Assembly: GCF_006345805.1 (NCBI RefSeq)
Contig: NW_021832565.1
Span: forward strand, 124,001 to 188,000
Reading direction: 5' to 3'
Source: Octopus sinensis
Lineage: Eukaryota
DNA length: 64,000 nt
Within the stretch, counting starts at the first letter, position 1, and every line of letters starts with the position of its first letter. The position numbers and the translations under genes were made by a program. Below the pieces are notes generated by a model, which did not search any database, had not been told where the DNA came from, and saw only the letters and a program-made list of their open reading frames with translations. Below, piece by piece: positions 61,480 through 64,000 of the stretch.

Positions 61480-63400
61480 GGTAGAGATTCTGTATTAAAT
61501 CATCAACAAATAATGGGCTATTTTGAGTATATGTAGAGTGGCAGTGAGAAACTTGATCAACCCCTTCAAATTTCAAGTACAAGGAAGATCAATAAAATTC
61601 TAAAAGCCTCACTGATGCCAATTTTATACCAACAGCTACATTTAACATCACCCGTGAATTGCCCTTCACGTGTTTTCATTTCCTTTTTCTTCTATTATCA
61701 TTCCCATCTCCTATTTGGACATCTCTTCAAACCTCTGCGCTTACCTCTTCTACATATCATTTCTTTGCTGTCTGTGCCTGACATCACAGTCCACATTTTG
61801 TCCAACATTTGCCAAGCAATTCACCAAAAACAAATGTAAATAACATATTGCAAGTTATACAATACTGATATCTCTACAAATGACTTAATTTCCCCTAATG
61901 TGTCACCGAGGAATCTATTGAATTTGCTTGCTTTTACTTTCACCTTTTTTATTTATATATTTATCTATTTTATTTATTTATTTTTTTTTTTACATTTCTG
62001 TTCCTATTTGATATATTGTCTGACATCGAGAACATTTTAGATCAAAAAGATTTTCAGATCACATTGGAGTTTTGCTAACTCCCATTTATATATTAAGCAG
62101 TATTTGTGAAGATCTAGTTCAAAGTTAACTGTTTTATTTGGGAATGTTTATTGCTGAGAGCTGGATAGCAGTAGTTAGTTCTGATAGTTCTGATGGAGTA
62201 AACTTGTATGTCGTAGGCAACTGACTAAATACCACATTATCAACATAGCCAAGATAATATTTGTATATTTGTAATTTTCTGTGATTTATTAGTATTGTGA
62301 AAAGACTTAAAACTCTTTACATCCATAAATACATTGTACCATTATAATAAAATGTACAAGTTTAATTTCAAGAAGAAGCGACTAATGTTTTATCTATCAG
62401 AAGATCTGTAGACAAAATATTTATTGTTCATATAAAATATGAATAATATCAGAGACAATTGGAAACTTTTTCTTCTGTAGTAATAATAATTGAGTTGTAT
62501 AGTGTGACTGCAAAATTCCAGCTGCCTTTAATATTGATGGAAAAAGAGTTCAAAATGGTAAAAGCTCATCTCATATCGATGTTATTGGATTTAGTGGATC
62601 CTGTTATTTATGCAGCCCGTGAGGAACAAAAAGGACTGTGAGAAAAGCTGTTGAGGTGGAAAAGATTGCCTTGGAAATGAAAAAGATGACTGGTGCAATG
62701 CAGAACACACAAGTTGTACTGGAATAAACACAAATCAATACAACTAGATATCTTTCCAGAATAACATATGTAGGTAAGGTACCGTGACCAAAGAAGTTCA
62801 CTTATTTCATTGATCCCAAAAGGATGAAGGGTGAAGTTGATCTTGGTAGAATTTGAACTCAGGACAGATGAAATTCCACTAAGCATTTTGCCTGGTCTGC
62901 TAGCAATTCTGCCAGCTCACTGCCTTGCTGCCTGATTAGTTCCTATGCCAGTGGCATGTAAAAAGCATCATTCAAGCGTGGTCAATGCCAGGCCCACCTG
63001 ACTGGCCCTCATGCCAGTGGCATGTAAAAAGCACCCACTACACTCTCAGAATGGTCGACATTAGGAAGGACATCCAGCTGTTGAAACTTTGCCAAGTCAG
63101 ATTGGAGCCTAGTATAGCCTTCTGGCTTGCCAGTCCTCGGTCAAACCATCCAACCCATGCCAGCATGGAAAGCGGACATATGACAATGATGACGATGATG
63201 AATAATAGGAGGAAAAAAAAAAGGAAGGAAATATGTGAAGGGCAATTCACAGGTAATTTTAAATATAGCTGTTGGGACAAAATTGGCATCAGTGAGGTCG
63301 TACTTAAAATGTAAAGGAGCTGATCAAGTTTCACACTACCCTTTTACATATACTCAAAATAGCCCATTATCTATTGATGATTAAATACTGAAATTTTACC
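61480..63400. repeat. Inverted duplication, ~200-bp arms (61480-61698 / 63201-63400)
   Basis: Shared blocks on opposite strands: TAATGGGCTATTTTGAGTATATGTA, CCTCACTGATGCCAATTTT, GTGAATTGCCCTTCAC. Confidence 0.88.
62925..63200 (+). mobile_element. Retroposon family C (family D fragment on the minus strand just upstream, ~62770-62925)
   Basis: CCATGCCAGCATGGAAAGCGGACATATGACAATGATGACGATGATG tail. Confidence 0.82.
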
Positions 63401-63569
63401 TGCCCAGGGAGCATATAGCTAAAGGAGTAGAGTTAGGAAGCCAGTGCACAAGAGCAATATATGAGATGGACAAATTAAACTATTGCCAAGCATGTTGTGG
63501 ATTCCTTTTAAGAGTGGTAATCAGTGGAGGATGGAGTGACACAGCTACTGCCACTTACAGAGTTTGCCT

Positions 63570-63785
63570 GGAAGTATGATTCAGTATTCTTTTCTACTCT
63601 AGGCACAAGGCCCGAAATTTTGGGGGAGGGAGCCAGTCAATTAGATCAACCCCAGTATGCAAATGTGTACTTAATTTATTGACCCAGAAAGGATGAAAGG
63701 CAAAGTTGACCTCAGCAGAATTTGAACTCAGAACATAAAGACAGATGAAATACCACTAAGTATTTTGCTTGGCATGCTAACGTTT
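63570..63785 (-). mobile_element. SINE family D
   Basis: Reverse complement of 44610-44824. Confidence 0.82.
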
Positions 63786-63826
63786 GGTATGATACAATCT
63801 TGAGAATTTTTGGTGGTGTGCGAAAA

Positions 63827-64000
63827 CAGTAGTTCCCTAAATAGGTGGCACTGCCTCCTTGGGGCAGTAGAAAGATCCAGAATGCATTGATGAAAAGTGG
63901 GGTGATAATAGCGGGGACAAAAACTCCAAAATAATGGGTTAACTAGGTTAACTTTTATTTGTGAAATACAGTTGTTTTGAATTCATAGCAGAAAGTGGTC
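63827..64000. mobile_element. Left end of a hAT-type element (probably runs off the window)
   Basis: CAGTAGTTCCCTAAATAGGTGGCACTGCCTCCTTGGGGCAG resembles CAGTGGTTCCCAAA..GGCGGTACCGCCCCCTGGGGGCGG hAT termini; no right TIR visible. Confidence 0.5.

Overview
AT-rich, microsatellite-dense eukaryotic DNA. From recalled repeat families (four recurrent SINE-like families, a TTAA-flanked MITE, RTE/Dong/Gypsy/mariner relics), I infer an octopus (coleoid cephalopod) intronic or intergenic region; this assignment was not database-checked. I cannot support any intact protein-coding gene, tRNA, rRNA or CRISPR array. Nearly all ORFs in the supplied track are translations of simple repeats, SINEs or decayed transposons. 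Well-supported content: dozens of SINE copies; two clear and one weak RTE-clade LINE fossils; an internally deleted mariner with TIRs and TA TSD; a hAT MITE with an 8-bp TSD and a nested SINE; piggyBac-type MITEs; a Gypsy LTR element reduced to the gag N-terminus plus integrase; and an R4/Dong-type element reduced to an in-frame N-terminus/C-terminus fusion inside an (ATT)n tract. The most unusual structures are several long inverted repeats (a 146-bp loop-less palindrome, a ~610-bp foldback, a 108-nt hairpin, two inverted duplications) and a compound local duplication at 49-54 kb with a near-identical core. A few short segments have good splice signals and could be exons of a host gene, but this is unproven. 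Many repeat boundaries are approximate, to within tens of bp; TSD, TIR and palindrome coordinates were read directly.
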